Assembly (NCBI GenBank): GCA_950097015.1 | Contig: CATNEN010000034.1 | Location: 6,324,001 to 6,388,000 of the forward strand | DNA: 64,000 nucleotides | From: Macrostomum hystrix | Lineage: Eukaryota > Animalia > Platyhelminthes | Direction of reading: 5' to 3' | The notes under the pieces: model-generated | Told to the model about the DNA's origin: nothing | What the model saw: the letters and a program-made list of their open reading frames with translations, nothing else | The model's database searches: none | Program-made: the position numbers and the translations under genes | In this document: in pieces, positions 25,301 to 37,013 of the stretch | Layout of the letters: each line of letters opens with the position of its first letter | Numbering within the stretch: the stretch's first letter is position 1

Positions 25301-26335
25301 ATATCTCACTGTCTCATCTCTCCCTTGTCTCATTTCTCCCTGTCTCATCTCTCCCGTGTCTCATTTCTCCCTGTCTCATTTCTCCCTGTCTCATCTCTCC
25401 CTGTCCCATTAATCCCTGGTAGAGATATTATTATAATATGCAGTTAAATAATGATTTCATTATCGAGTGTAAGTTCAATATCAGAAAGAAAAATTTATCA
25501 TTTCAGTGCCTGTACATCAAAGGCCAGGAGCTGGGCTGTTGTCGCATCAAAGATTCCGCAGCTGTCGCAGATGGCATTGCCGACTCCGATGATGTTGTCG
25601 CCTGTCAGGAGCGAAGGCGGCGAACTAGAAGAGTTCCACGTTCCGGTAAAGAAACATCCACTAGTGGTCAGGCTGGCATCGGTTCAGGCCGCACCTCTGA
25701 CGAGTGCAGTACGGATCAGGTGACCGATCGGATCCAGCTTTCTAGCCTGTGTTGATTTGGATGCTGCAACTATTTGTCCGTGAAAACTAGGGCTTGCAAC
25801 CAGTTGGAAGTCCCTGTCTTCTGGGCGGGAGTCCATTTCATGTAGCTAATCCTGCTGGAAGCTACTACCATCCAGGTGGATGTCCCTATCAACCTGGCAA
25901 ATGTCCCTATCAACCTGGCAAATGTCCCTATCAACCAGTACCTCGTCATGTCCTTATCAATCTTATCTAGGTGAATTTACCTATCAACCAGGTGGATGTC
26001 CCTCTTACCCAGATGGATGTACGAGTAAAAATCATATAGGCAGGAATGTATATGTAAAGATAAGCACAGTTACCTCGACTCTACTCAAATGTCTTATGGC
26101 TAACTGTCTAATCTTGTAGATTCGCCTAATGTCAGCGTCTCGCACCTGCGCCACCATTGTTGCTCACGAGGCAGCCACAGAGGAGACTGCCATAACGGCA
26201 CCTATGCCTGATTGCGAAAAAGATTCCACGGAAGCTGCGGAGCTGTGGAAGCAACAGCAGCAGCAGCAGCAGCAACAGCAGAATGCGTTGCTAAGTAAGC
26301 CAGGTCAAACATCAGGAAGTTATCGTCACAAGTAA
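22332..26335 (+). CDS. Small Cys-rich two-transmembrane protein (~210 aa), 3 exons
   Basis: Exons 22332-22535 (AGG|gtaagc), 25507-25719 (tttcag|TGC ... CAG|gtgacc) and 26120-26335 (ttgtag|ATT), all phase 0. MCGGCCCGC N-terminus, two hydrophobic helices separated by NEAIN, Cys cluster after TM2, polar poly-Q tail. Exon 2 could alternatively run to a stop at 25755. Confidence 0.65.
22877..23183 (-). mobile_element. tRNA-headed SINE, copy 1
   Basis: Minus strand starts GGGTGAGTGGCAGAGCGG (A-box like) with GCTCGATTCC (B-box like). 3' end is a GGCTGCGGG...CCCGCAGCC hairpin. Homologous copies at 45195-45490 and 63913-64000. Confidence 0.7.
23266..24625 (+). mobile_element. Intact mariner (DD34D) DNA transposon
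   Basis: ~29-bp TIRs CTACGGGTGTGTCATAAGTAATGTCACTG (23266-23294) and inverse (24597-24625, 1 mismatch), flanked by TA at 23264-65 and 24626-27. Confidence 0.95.
23490..24551 (+). CDS. Mariner transposase (353 aa)
   Basis: Uninterrupted ORF from ATG 23490. HTH region, WVPHDL, EDETW, MDNARPH, YSPDFNLCD. 34 residues between second and third Asp. Confidence 0.95.
   Translation: MNHDKTHIQFYAFIRFKLGKSALEVEEDLRNTLPDNCPTRRTIYRWFQNFTDPGFELGDAARSGRPCSTRTIENIEVISDLVKEDPRQSVRELADCLEIDFKTVHRILTEDLHLRNVCSVWVPHDLTADQRQARVNCANQIRKVFSSRGLDDILNCLVVEDETWLHLDGKSSKADNRCWLGAGDSRLTVTRRSISDKKTMLLVAFTPNKRVSICTTPPNTKVDGQYFIDFVRHTGNLWRTLRSNPIHLNEVLWQMDNARPHTCQAVSDFLAGRRINLLWQSPYSPDFNLCDRFLFKWLKADFSQRSFANHDEVKEAALHWFRQLEEKHLQAEVEKLYEHCQRVIDIGGHYVVD
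25165..25405. repeat. CT-rich repeat (CTGTCTCATCTCTCC family)
   Basis: Direct reading; same family as 476-1470. Confidence 0.88.
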
Positions 26336-27087
26336 ATCTGTGTTGTACAGACTGGCTCAGATGGAATAACTTTAAATTTTAACGAAGAACCTTTGTAAAT
26401 AAAATTATATGTTTCCTTGAATCTGTGATCAAATTAGACTGCTAAAAACACAGTGGATAAAAAGTGCAACTAAAAGAAGATATTTCGGAATAGCTCGCAT
26501 AGTCTTCATTGGCCAAAGGAATTGAAGAATTCGTATTGTTCACTTTTTCATAACAATTCGCCGAAGGAAGCTCAGAAGGAGAGAAATAAAAAAATGAGTT
26601 AGATATAGAGTCTACTCAACTTTTAGTCTCTGAATTGGACACGCGGGTGTTTTATTATTCTCAGCTAGCTACTGGCAACTATTCAAATTAGACGCGCCAT
26701 TGATCTTTTGATAGCCGCTGGGGTTACCGCGAAGGCCCGCATAGCACAGGTCGCCCACGTATGTAGAGCATGACGAGAGGCGAGGCACAAAATGCTGGAC
26801 TCGAGTTTTTATCGTCTAGATCTTTGCGCTCGTCTGCGCACCTGTGTTTCCCCTCCTAGTGAGTGAACAGTACTCGAGAGAAAAATTCCGTAATCTAATT
26901 GAATAAGACTATATAAATCATCTTTATTTATTACGCGTTAGACAAAAAAATATATGTTTACGTCGGAATCCTGACAATTATTCAGCTAATTTTATCAAAA
27001 CAAGTATTTGCATGTGATATATCAACCAACTTTCTTTCTGGTTTAAACAGGCAATAAACTAAATGGCTTATGGATTCGCAAGGGACG

Positions 27088-27930
27088 GAAGGTGGTTGGA
27101 GTAGCGAGGTGTCAAAACAGGGCATGGGAGTGAGGTGGTTGGAGTAGCGAGGTGTCAAAACAGGGCATGGGAGTGAGGTGGTTGGAGTAGCGAGGTGTCA
27201 AAACAGGGCATGGGAGTGAGGTGGTTGGAGTAGCGAGGTGTCAAAACAGGGCATGGAGTGAGGTGGTTGGAGTAGCGAGGTGTCAAAACAGGGCATGGGA
27301 GTGAGGTGGTTGGAGTAGCGAGGTGTCAAAACAGGGCATGGGAGTGAGGTGGTTGGAGTAGCGAGGTGTCAAAACAGGGCATGGGAGTGAGGTGGTTGGA
27401 GTAGCGAGGTGTCAAAACAGGGCATGGGAGTGAGGTGGTTGGAGTAGCGAGGTGTCAAAACAGGGCATGGGAGTGAGGTGGTTGGAGTAGCGAGGTGTCA
27501 AAACAGGGCATGGGAGTGAGGTGGTTGGAGTAGCGAGGTGTCAAAACAGGGCATGGGAGTGAGGTGGTTGGAGTAGCGAGGTGTCAAAACAGGGCACGGG
27601 ACGGGTGGTGGTTGGAGTAGCGATGTGTCAAAACAGGGCATGGGAGTGAGGTGGTTGGAGTAGCGAGGTGTCAAAACAGGGCATGGGAGTGAGGTGGTTG
27701 GAGTAGCGAGGTGTCAAAACAGGGCACGGGACGGGTGTTGGTTGGAGTAGCGAGGTGTCAAAACAGGGCATGGGAGTGAGGTGGTTGGAGTAGCGAGGTG
27801 TCAAAACAGGCCATGGGAGTGAGGTGGTTGGAGTAGCGAGGTGTCAAAACAGGGCACGGGACGGGTGGTGGTTGGAGTAGCGAGGTGTCAAAACAGGGCA
27901 TGGGAGTGAGGTGGTTGGAGTAGCGAGGTA
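27088..27930. repeat. 43-bp tandem repeat GGTGGTTGGAGTAGCGAGGTGTCAAAACAGGGCATGGGAGTGA
   Basis: About 19-20 units, 43-bp spacing (27091, 27134...). Confidence 0.95.
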
Positions 27931-28253
27931 CCAAGATGTGGCAATGGAGTGATTCTGCTGTGCCGATTTTCGGTCGATTTGAGAAGTGGGACTGCCAAAA
28001 ATGGTTAGGCAGAAAGTAAAAATGTGTTAAGACTTGAAATATTTTTCTCATAGTGGGGTAAAGAGAATAGAAATATGAAGGTGGGTGTATGCAACTAGTG
28101 TTTTTAACTGAGATTATGTAATTAAAGACACAGGTTCTAAACTATCTCTAGATCAATAAGCGTAATTATTCGAATTAAATATTTATAAAAGCTGAATAAA
28201 ATAATTTGACTGCGCGTCTTCCAGATTCACTTTGTTAAGCTAAACAACCTGTT

Positions 28254-31200
28254 TTACAATGTCGCAGTGCCCTGCTCCGGAAAGAGGTAAGGCCCAAAGT
28301 TGGCATTGAAGGTGGCCAGCAGCTGCCTGTACTTCTTGGCCTTGGCCGGGTCCAGGCAGTACCAGCTGTACAGGCTGGCAGCCAGGAACTGCCGGCTTAG
28401 GTCGCCGGTGAGGCCCTTAGCCAGCTTCCTGCCGAATGCCTGATCAATTTCGCGCAGGTGAAAGTTGCGCAGCTCGTTGAGGACGCGGCCGGCGGCGTCA
28501 CGCGACAGCTCCTGGCCGTATGTGTGCGCCAGCAAACCGGTGATGACCTGGCTGCTGCTGCTGCTGCCGCCAGGTAGGATCTCGTGAAGCTTAGCCAACT
28601 GGCGAAATGCGGCCACCTCATCCGGGCCCCAGCGGGTCTGGGCCGACAGGCTGCCGATGAACCTGCAATATATGGAATAGTTTTCTGTCTTTTTGTCTAT
28701 GGTCAAACCCGTTATTCCTTGCATGAACAGAAAGGCTAGGACAGAAAGGAAAATTCTTGAAAAATGTGAAAAAAGGAAAAAGACCCCCTGTCACCTCTAA
28801 AAGAGACCTCACAGAATATTGGTTGTTAAGACACGCATTTAGTCGCTTTCGTACATGTGCAGCATCCTAATGCGCAGGTGCTCCAGGTAGTCCGATTCCG
28901 GTACCCGGTGCTGCTGCATCGGTGACAGCCGCGCATTCAGCCTTTGACAGAGCTGCTGCAAGTTCCTGCAGATTGAGGTGCTGGTCAGACAGGGACAATG
29001 CAAACAGCTCCTGAGCGTCCAGAGGCTTGCCGGAATCGAACCAGCGCCACAAGCTCCGTGTTCTGCGTCTGCAGAGGGCACCGTCTGCACCACCAGGCAG
29101 TTCATCAGAGCCAGGAAGTTGATGTTGAGCGTGTAGTCCATCACACAACCGTTCATCTGCTGCATCTGCATCACCCGGCAGGGAAAGAACACGTAGCGAA
29201 TGAGCGGATAGGCTGCCAGGAAGGCTGTGCCCAGCGGCCTGACTCGCTGCGTGCTCGTGTGCTCAGTCTCCTCTATGGCGATCTTGGCCTTGAACTGCCA
29301 GGCGGAGTCCAGGCTGCTGAGCAGGTTCTGCTCAATCGATTCCCGGCGTGCAGCCGCCTGTGATTTGGTGCACGGTGCAATATTTATGTTGCGCGCTTGG
29401 ATGACTTTACTGCGCCTTCTTCAGCCATTCAATCCCAACCCGCTCTCATCCCTACACGATTTCATCCCCACCCGATCTCATCCCCACCCGATCTCATCCC
29501 CACCCGATCTCATCCCAACCCGATCTCATCCCCACCCGATCTAATCCCTACCCGATCTCATCCCCACCCGATCTCATCCCCACCCGATCTCATCCCCACC
29601 CGATCTAATCCCTACCCGATCTCATCCCCACCCGATCTCATCCCCACCCGATCTCATCCCCACCCGATCTCATCCCCACCCGATCTAATCCCTACCCGAT
29701 CTAATCCCTACCCGATATCATCCCCACCCGATCTAATCCCTACCCGATATCATCCCCACCCGATCTCATCCCCACCCGATCTCATCCCAACCCAATCTCA
29801 TCCCAACTAGATCTCATCCCAACCCGCTCTCATCCCAACCCACTCTCAACCCAACTACATCTCATCCCCACCCGATCTCATCCCAACCCGATCTAATCCC
29901 TACCCGATATCATCCCCACCCGATCTCATCCCAACTACATCTCATCCCCACCCGATCTCATCCCAACCCGATCTAATCCCTACCCGATATCATCCCCACC
30001 CGATCTCATCCCAACCCAATATCATACCCACCCGATCTCATCCCAACCCGGTCTCATCCCTACCCGATATCATCCCCACCCGATCTCATCCCCACCCGAT
30101 CTCATCCCAACCCGATCTCATCCCCACCCGATCTCATCCCCACCCGATCTCATCCCAACCCGATCTCATCCCAACGCGGTCTCATCCCAACCCGATCTCA
30201 TCCCAACCCGATCTAATCCCACCCGATATCATCCCCACCCGACCTCATCCCCACCCAATCTCATCCCCACCCGATCTCATCCCCACCCGATCTCATCCCC
30301 ACCCGATCTCATCCCAACCCGATCTCATCCCTACCCGATCTCATCCCACCCCCTCTCATCCCTATCCGCTCTCATCCCAACCCGATCTCATCCCAACCCG
30401 ATCTCATCCCAACTAGATCTCATCCCAACCCGCTCTCATCCCTACGCGCTCTCAGCCTCTCCCTTGGCGGCACGCACCGGGAAGTCCCTGAGCACGCGAC
30501 TCATGGCTGCTCGGCTGTCCCGTAGTGCGTTTCGCGCTGGCTCCCTCTCATCCAGCTTGAGGTGCATGAGGCACTGCAGGCAGACTGCGGCGACTCCTGC
30601 CACAGGTCTCAAAGCTGCAATGTCCGCCTGCAAATCTTCAATGCCGGACAGGGTGGGCCGGAGCAGTCGCTCTATGGCCCGGTAGACCAGGAACGAGATG
30701 TCGCGGCATCCGGCCAGGGTTCTGAACGTGGCGGTGCTGGCATTCAGCTGCCGCTTGTGGCCAGGTATGGACAGCGACATTGGCTGAAATATGGCGAAGC
30801 TCAGCACGGCCTCGCCGCGGGCTGATTTGAGGCGTCGAAATCGTTCAATCAAAAGCCTTTCGGAGTTGTCGACCAGAGTGTTCAAAGCTTTGTGCAGCTG
30901 GGCGGCTTGGCAGGCCGATGCCAGCGGAATGAAGGCCGCTGGCAGGACGGCGCTCCGCATCTGATTGTCGCGCAGCAGCGGCCCATCCGAGTTCGAAGAA
31001 ATCAACAGCCGTAGAGCGCCTCGAACGTCACTGGCGACGTCACCGCTGGGGCGCCGCGTCAATAGATAGTGCAGCAGGGCCTGCTTGCAGTGGACCTCGG
31101 AGAAGCACGCTCCGCCGGGGAAGTTCGGCGTCTTGGGCAGCTCTTCCAGCAGAAGCACCTTCAGCGCCACATAGAGTCGACCCTGTTCGTTGGACAGCCG

Positions 31201-33118
31201 TCTAAACAGGGCTCGGTCCAGCATGCTGAGATCCAGGCGCCCGGTGGGTGGCTTCGAGTTCCGGCCCACCAGCTGGACCTCGTACTCATCGGGCCGGACG
31301 AACACCGGCTGCGAGGCCAAATCGGGCAGGTTGAGCGCCTCGAAGCGTGGCAGCCGAGGCCGTTGGCAGCAGGCGAACACCTTGTTGGTTTGGCAAGGCA
31401 ATTTCAAATTCCAACATATTCTCTTTTTCTGCACCTCCCAAAATATTCAACCGATCGCCTTGTAAATCCAGAGCACGGCTTATCTTTTCCGCTCCATCCC
31501 ATGAAACAACTTCCAGACTCACAAAACATCGGCATCGTCGAGATATGTGGTCTTTCCCCAGGGGGGGGTAAAATAGGGGTCTTTCTACTGTTAAAGCTAG
31601 GAACTAAAACAACACTATAATTTCCATTGATCTGCAGATGAAATCGAACGCAAACTCACCTGCTGAATCATGAGAGCCGGGCCGGACGCAGTGAGTCCCA
31701 GTCTGTTGATTTCTCGTCTGCGCACGTCGCTAACCATCAGCACGGCGTCATCCTTCACCAGATCCATTGCGCGCAGGTGGACCAAGCAGTCTGGCGGAAC
31801 GGACGTGAGTTGAAACGATTTACGATAAAAAAACAAAGGAAGCAGCCACTGAGTTTTCCGAAATCCCCCTACTTCCTGATCCCCCGACTATTAAAAACTA
31901 CCAAACTAGCCGGAAAAAGTGACCCAACCGTGCAGATAACGACATATGAACGCGTTGTAGAGAGGCCTTCTTACCAAGAAACCAATTCACCCGCAATGTC
32001 AGCCAGCTGTCTGCCTGTGTACTGATAGACAACCGGACCTTTCCCTTCCGCTACAAGAAAAATCTGAAAAATCTTTCAATTCCCAGAAGCGCACCTTGGT
32101 TAAGCGTCATGGAGCCGTCGGCGTTGAGGGTAACTTTATTGACCTGCTGCCGACAGCAGCAGACACCGGCAATGTGCACAGTGTAGCCTGGCACAATGTA
32201 CTTCCAGTTCAGCGCGGAATCGTAGCCGCATCTGCCGTCGACCCGGACGGTGCTGTAGCCCCAACCTTCGGTGAAGTTGCCCGTGAATACGAAGCCGGCA
32301 TCCTGCCACATCGACTCGAGCACCTCGGTAAAAGACCAGTGGTAGCTCACTTTATCTTTCTCGAAGCCAAATTGTCGCATCATTTCGGTTGCCTGCCGTA
32401 AAAAAGTTTCTTTAATATTTTGCTTATGATTTTTTCAGTTCGGAATCTTTTGATTCTGTGATGTTGCAGCCTATTGGTTCACGACTTGAAGGTCGAGGGT
32501 TCGATTCCCGACTAAGCTGGAACAATTTGTGTCCTCTGCATTCACCCAGCTGTTAAATTTGTGAGTGAAGCTGGGGTAATTAAGGGTGGGTGCTGCGGCT
32601 GCACATCGGACATTATATTAAATATTTTATAGAATCCTTTGAGCTTCGAAAACATTGTACTAGCTTGATTTAGACAAAAACAAAAAGCTAAATTCAACAT
32701 GTAATTTGTTACTTTTGCACAGCAGTGTAACATCGCTCGTAGAAGCGATGTTACAAACTCTTATAGGTACACGAAAGAGTCCAGAGTCCAATCTGGTTGG
32801 TCTCACCAAAGACTCTGGCACATTCGACAATGCAGGCGATGGCGGCGTCGGTGGCGGCGGCGTCGGTGGCGGAATAACGAACGGAACAGGCTGAGCAGAC
32901 GGATCGTACAATCTATCAAAGTCTGCTGCTGCTCTACCTGCCACCGACATTCGCCTGGGGTCGAGTTGGGCAGGCCGCTCGACTGCCTGTGGATGTTGCG
33001 GACTCGGCTGAACAAATGGCCGCTGCTGCTGCTGCTGCTGTCGCAGAGTGCCGAATCCCTCAGGCCCGGCATTGTTGGCCGGATCCGGCTGTTCAAACGG
33101 ATTGCGGAATGGTCGCAT
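28254..33118 (-). CDS. cGAS-like receptor / Mab-21 family NTase-fold protein with Pro-rich N-terminus and long helical (TPR-like) C-terminus; catalytic motif degenerate
   Basis: Exons 33118-~32760 (donor uncertain), 32392-32095, 31790-31660, ~31381-30478, 29357-28855, 28662-28254 with compatible phases (0,1,0,0,2). Motifs FVFTGNFTEGWG...YDSALNWKYI, TASGPALMI, LSMLDRALFRRLSNEQGRLYVALKVLL, FSEVHCKQALLHYLL match the Mab-21 layout. Confidence 0.72.
29430..30442. repeat. 16-bp tandem repeat CCCGATCTCATCCCCA in cGLR intron 4
   Basis: About 60 units with variants. Confidence 0.95.
31425..31560 (-). mobile_element. Dispersed MITE-like repeat; related segments at ~41352-41445, ~46670-46860 and ~55890-56130
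   Basis: Shared strings such as CCCGACGAGAATCGTTGAATATCTCGAC and TTTCATCGGATAGAGCG(T/A)AAA occur among four different introns. No single copy has all of them. Confidence 0.65.
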
Positions 33119-34261
33119 CCGAAGCTACCACTGGTCCGTCTATGCGACTTGAAATAAACTTTTGACGCTCAGAAAAGTTTCGTTGGTATAAGAGGAGGTT
33201 TGGTAGAAGACCAAAGTTGTGCTTTTTACTCTTGACGCTTGCAGCTTTAAGCTGAGCGGTTTCTGTCCATTTTGCCTGCCCATCTTTCGGCGCACAATAG
33301 CCAACTATAGATAATATAATAAAAAAGAATTCTAAAAGAGAAACTTTTTTTTCAAAACAGTGGCCACGACCCCTCCTGTCCGGCAGACAATATGAGTGCC
33401 CCTTTATTGCGTATGAGGGGTGCGAATGCCTTGTGCCTTAGAATTCTTCTTGAAAAGAGCTGGCCACAATCTCTGCGTCTTGCCGCCTAGCTGCTGCTCG
33501 TTGAGTTAGTTTGAATTCAAACACAGCGAGCAGTCCGCCTTCTGTATGGCTCCCCGCGTACTTTGTTGACCAGGATTCGGAAAAATACTTTGTCTTTACA
33601 AATATTTAGACTACAAATATTAAGTACACTTATTTTACTTAATAGTAAATTACCCCACTGTAATTTGAAATCAAATCTAATTTAGAAAAGTCAAAGAGCT
33701 TTCTTTTAATAATAATACAGCACATTTTTTAGATTGCTAACATGAGCAAAAAGCATGCAATACAGATATGCATGCTAGATTAAAATGGAATTTTAAGAAT
33801 AAGAACTATCTCGCTCTTTTGCGTACATTCGTATATTTAAATAATCGTGCACGTTTAAACAAAACGGATTACAGAGATCCGAGCGCAGCATTAATATTGA
33901 ATTTGACAATCGAATATACGATTATAAAGACAAGAAGTACTATTTTCTGGAATGACAGTTGACAAGTCCCCGAATGGACACGCGAAGCGCAATGTTCTCT
34001 ATACAAGGAGCTGAAATATGTAAATAACTGTAAACAAAAATATTCTAATTAATGTCGCATTTCTCACTCGCTACTATAGTGAGTAGTTCTGCTTGTGTTT
34101 AATTGACTTGTACGAGTCAATTATTTACATATTTACAAGACATTTAATAGACTGTAAAACTGGCAAAAGAAAGCCCAGAAAGCGACATTACAATCCTAAC
34201 CGTTAACTTTAGGAGTCGCAAAACAGTTCATCAGGAATCATTTATTGGACCCTGGACAATT

Positions 34262-34920
34262 TCAATGCCGCGCGCCAAACACTGTGGAGACAATCAGGGG
34301 CTCTCCAAGCGTCAGATAGATTCTCCCTCCGCTAAGTCGGCAAAGAAAGCTGCCTCCGATGCCGCCGATGCTACAAGGTGTCGCCGATGCCAACGCCACG
34401 GTTGCGAGAGCGTCTAGCAGATCGAAGCCAGCTTGCGCCGGAGCAACGCCCGGCGCCGTTGCCAGGGTGATGTGGGCGCGAGAGCCGCGAGGCAGGGACC
34501 GACTGGCCGAGGAGCAGCGGTCCGATTTGCCTGGCTCGTTATCCCACAGCACAAGCTGGCCGGGCCCCAGCTCCGCCCTAGCAACCAGGCTCGATCCAGG
34601 CCGCAGTAATAAGCCAGTCAGGCGGATGTCGAATTGCGCACCCAGCGCCGCCAGAACATCGGGGCGAACCGCGTAGGCATCGATGTTCTGCTTGCCGCAG
34701 TACTTGGCTGTGACATGAAAACTATTGCTGCCATTAGGATCAATACTATCGAGCAGAGCTGTTGTCATGGTAACACTGCTGAGAAATGCCCTCGCTAAAC
34801 TCACTAGCTTACTAGCCGAATCAGTCTGCAGGAACCAGGCATAGTAGGCCACTGGGCGTCGATGTCGGCCACCGTGATCATCCAGGTGGTCTCGGGACTG
34901 CTGCTGACCGCGCGAGTTGG
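34262..34920 (-). CDS. CNP: 2',3'-cyclic-nucleotide 3'-phosphodiesterase (CNPase-type 2H phosphoesterase), catalytic domain exon
   Basis: Acceptor ttcacag| at 34921. ...PVAYYAWFL...FHVTAKYC...LPRGSRAHITLATAPGVAPAQAGFDLLD...GRIYLTLGEPLIVSTVF closely parallels the vertebrate CNPase catalytic fragment. Both HxT motifs intact (34715-17, 34472-74). AATAAA at 34241-46. Possible first exon 35874-35778 (phase 1, speculative). Confidence 0.85.
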
Positions 34921-36517
34921 CTGTGAAAGCAATCGGGAATTGCTTCCTTATCTTTCTTCTTCCTATTGCTGGATTTAGGCACAGCAGTAGCCATTAAGCC
35001 ATTAAGCTGTGGCACATATGCTGCAATTTTAAGTTCAGTTGGCACGATATCTATGAAAAATGATCTAAAATAAAAGATATCTCCAAGAAAGAAAGGAAGA
35101 AACCGAAAGAAAAGTTTAAATACTTTATAGAATAATTATACTTTTTTATAAACATGCTTGTAAACTTTTATTATCTAAAAATTTACCAGTGGCGAAATGA
35201 TCTAAACCCCTGAACATTGTTTTGTTTACTGTAGTATTGTTTATTGTATAGTAAAGTACTATAGTATATAATATGTACTAAAGTCAAGAGTAGTATATTA
35301 AATGGCATTTTTTATCTAGATAAAATTGGTTATGGAGTATATTAAAAACTTATTTATAGTTAAATATTTTTTATTCACAATTCAATATAGGTGCATTGTG
35401 CTTCGTTTTTGTGGAGTGCCCATGTTTTTCTTAAAGATTTTATTGACAAAAGGCTCAATTTTGTCAAATGAACAATATTTTAGCTGCAGCTGAGCTATCG
35501 CTGCAGCTGAGCCTGATTGAGGCAGCCGTAAGTCAATAGTACCATTGTACCAATCACATTTTATTGCAAATAAAAAGAATTTTATACTATAACTCAAATC
35601 AGTGCGCTGGTTTGAGTTGTATAGCTTGTAATTTTTATATCGCAAAAAAATATTTTTGAGCGGAATTTTTTACAGTCGAATGATACATATATTTATTTAT
35701 GCACTTGCTTGTCACATGTATATTCATTAAGTTTTTTTTCTTTGTTATAAAAAATATATCGAGTTCAGTTTCGTTACGTGTGACTCTTCGTGACGACGAA
35801 TGTGCCAGAATGGGGGACTCTAAACTGGCGCATAATTTTTTGACAGATAAGTAGTGTGTAACCTCTGTCGCCATGTCGTAAAAATTGAATGGTAAATATG
35901 TTTAATGTTCTGCTTTTCATAAGTGCTCTTCAAAGTAGAACCGTGTACGTTTCGCCCCTCAAGGCTGAGGGGCGAGAGCTAGTCTAGCTAGTTAGCTTAT
36001 ACAGCGTTTAAGCTATTAATATATCATAGCTTATTGTATTAGGCCCTAATATTAATAATATAAGCTTATTATAGCTGAGCTGCTGCAACTGCACAACACA
36101 ATCGTTTAATAACAAAGCTAATAGTCAAAATAAATTGATCTGAAAGTCGAAAGTGTCACTTTTGTACTTCGTTTTGTTGACCAAATTCTGTCCATTGAAA
36201 ACCATAATGAGATTAGGTTTTTTTATTTACATTTTGATGTTTCTATTTCTAGAGAGCCAAGTAGCTCCTTTGACAAAATGCTTTGACTCTGAACACTAGA
36301 ATAAGTGTTCGATGCACAGAAAATAATGCAGGAAAGTACTGGGATAAAAATTTGGACTAGGGGGGGCCTATCAATTTGGATAAAACTAGTAAACCATTTG
36401 CTATTGGTCCTTCTAATGGTACCTGGACATCTTCATCTTACAGCTTCATCATCCAGATGACAAACTGTCCAGGATATTTGAGAGTTTAAGAGGGTCAATA
36501 ATGAAGTGACTTTGATT

Positions 36518-37013
36518 GGTCCCAGGTCATTTTGGTGACAAGACATTTTGGTGACAGTCATTTCGGTGACAACTCAAGTCATTTCAGTGACATAATTAGT
36601 CAGATTGGTGACAAATATTTTTGCACCTAAATATGCTAAAAAACTGCCTTCCATTTTAACTATGCACACATATAAAGTATTAAATAAATAATGCTATAAG
36701 TATTAATAAGAAGCTGCATCGCTCTGATTAAGTCTGGGTTTTACTTTAAATGAGTTAAATTATTAAATTATTTAATGAATAGTCAATAGTTTTAATAGTT
36801 ATTCGTTCCTAATTAAATGTGTATAATAATCATTTTTTCAAGTTTTGGATTGACAAGGCAAGTGCAGGCTTTAAGCAGCTGCAGTGCTGCTGGATCGTGG
36901 AAGGCTGTTTTCTCAGCATATTTAGGTGCAAAAATAGTTGTCACTGAACTGACCAATTCTGTCACCAAAATGACTGTCACCGAAATGTCTTGTCACCGAA
37001 ATAACCTGGGACC
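36518..37013. mobile_element. 496-bp MITE with ~130-bp imperfect TIRs and 8-bp TSD
   Basis: Termini GGTCCCAGG / CCTGGGACC. TSD CTTTGATT at 36510-17 and 37014-21. Subterminal repeats CATTT(T/C)GGTGACA in inverted orientation at both ends. Confidence 0.85.

Noticed and set aside
27088-27930. CRISPR-like appearance of the 43-bp array (also the 35-, 36- and 46-bp arrays)
   Set aside because: Units are contiguous with no unique spacers; eukaryotic context with no cas genes.
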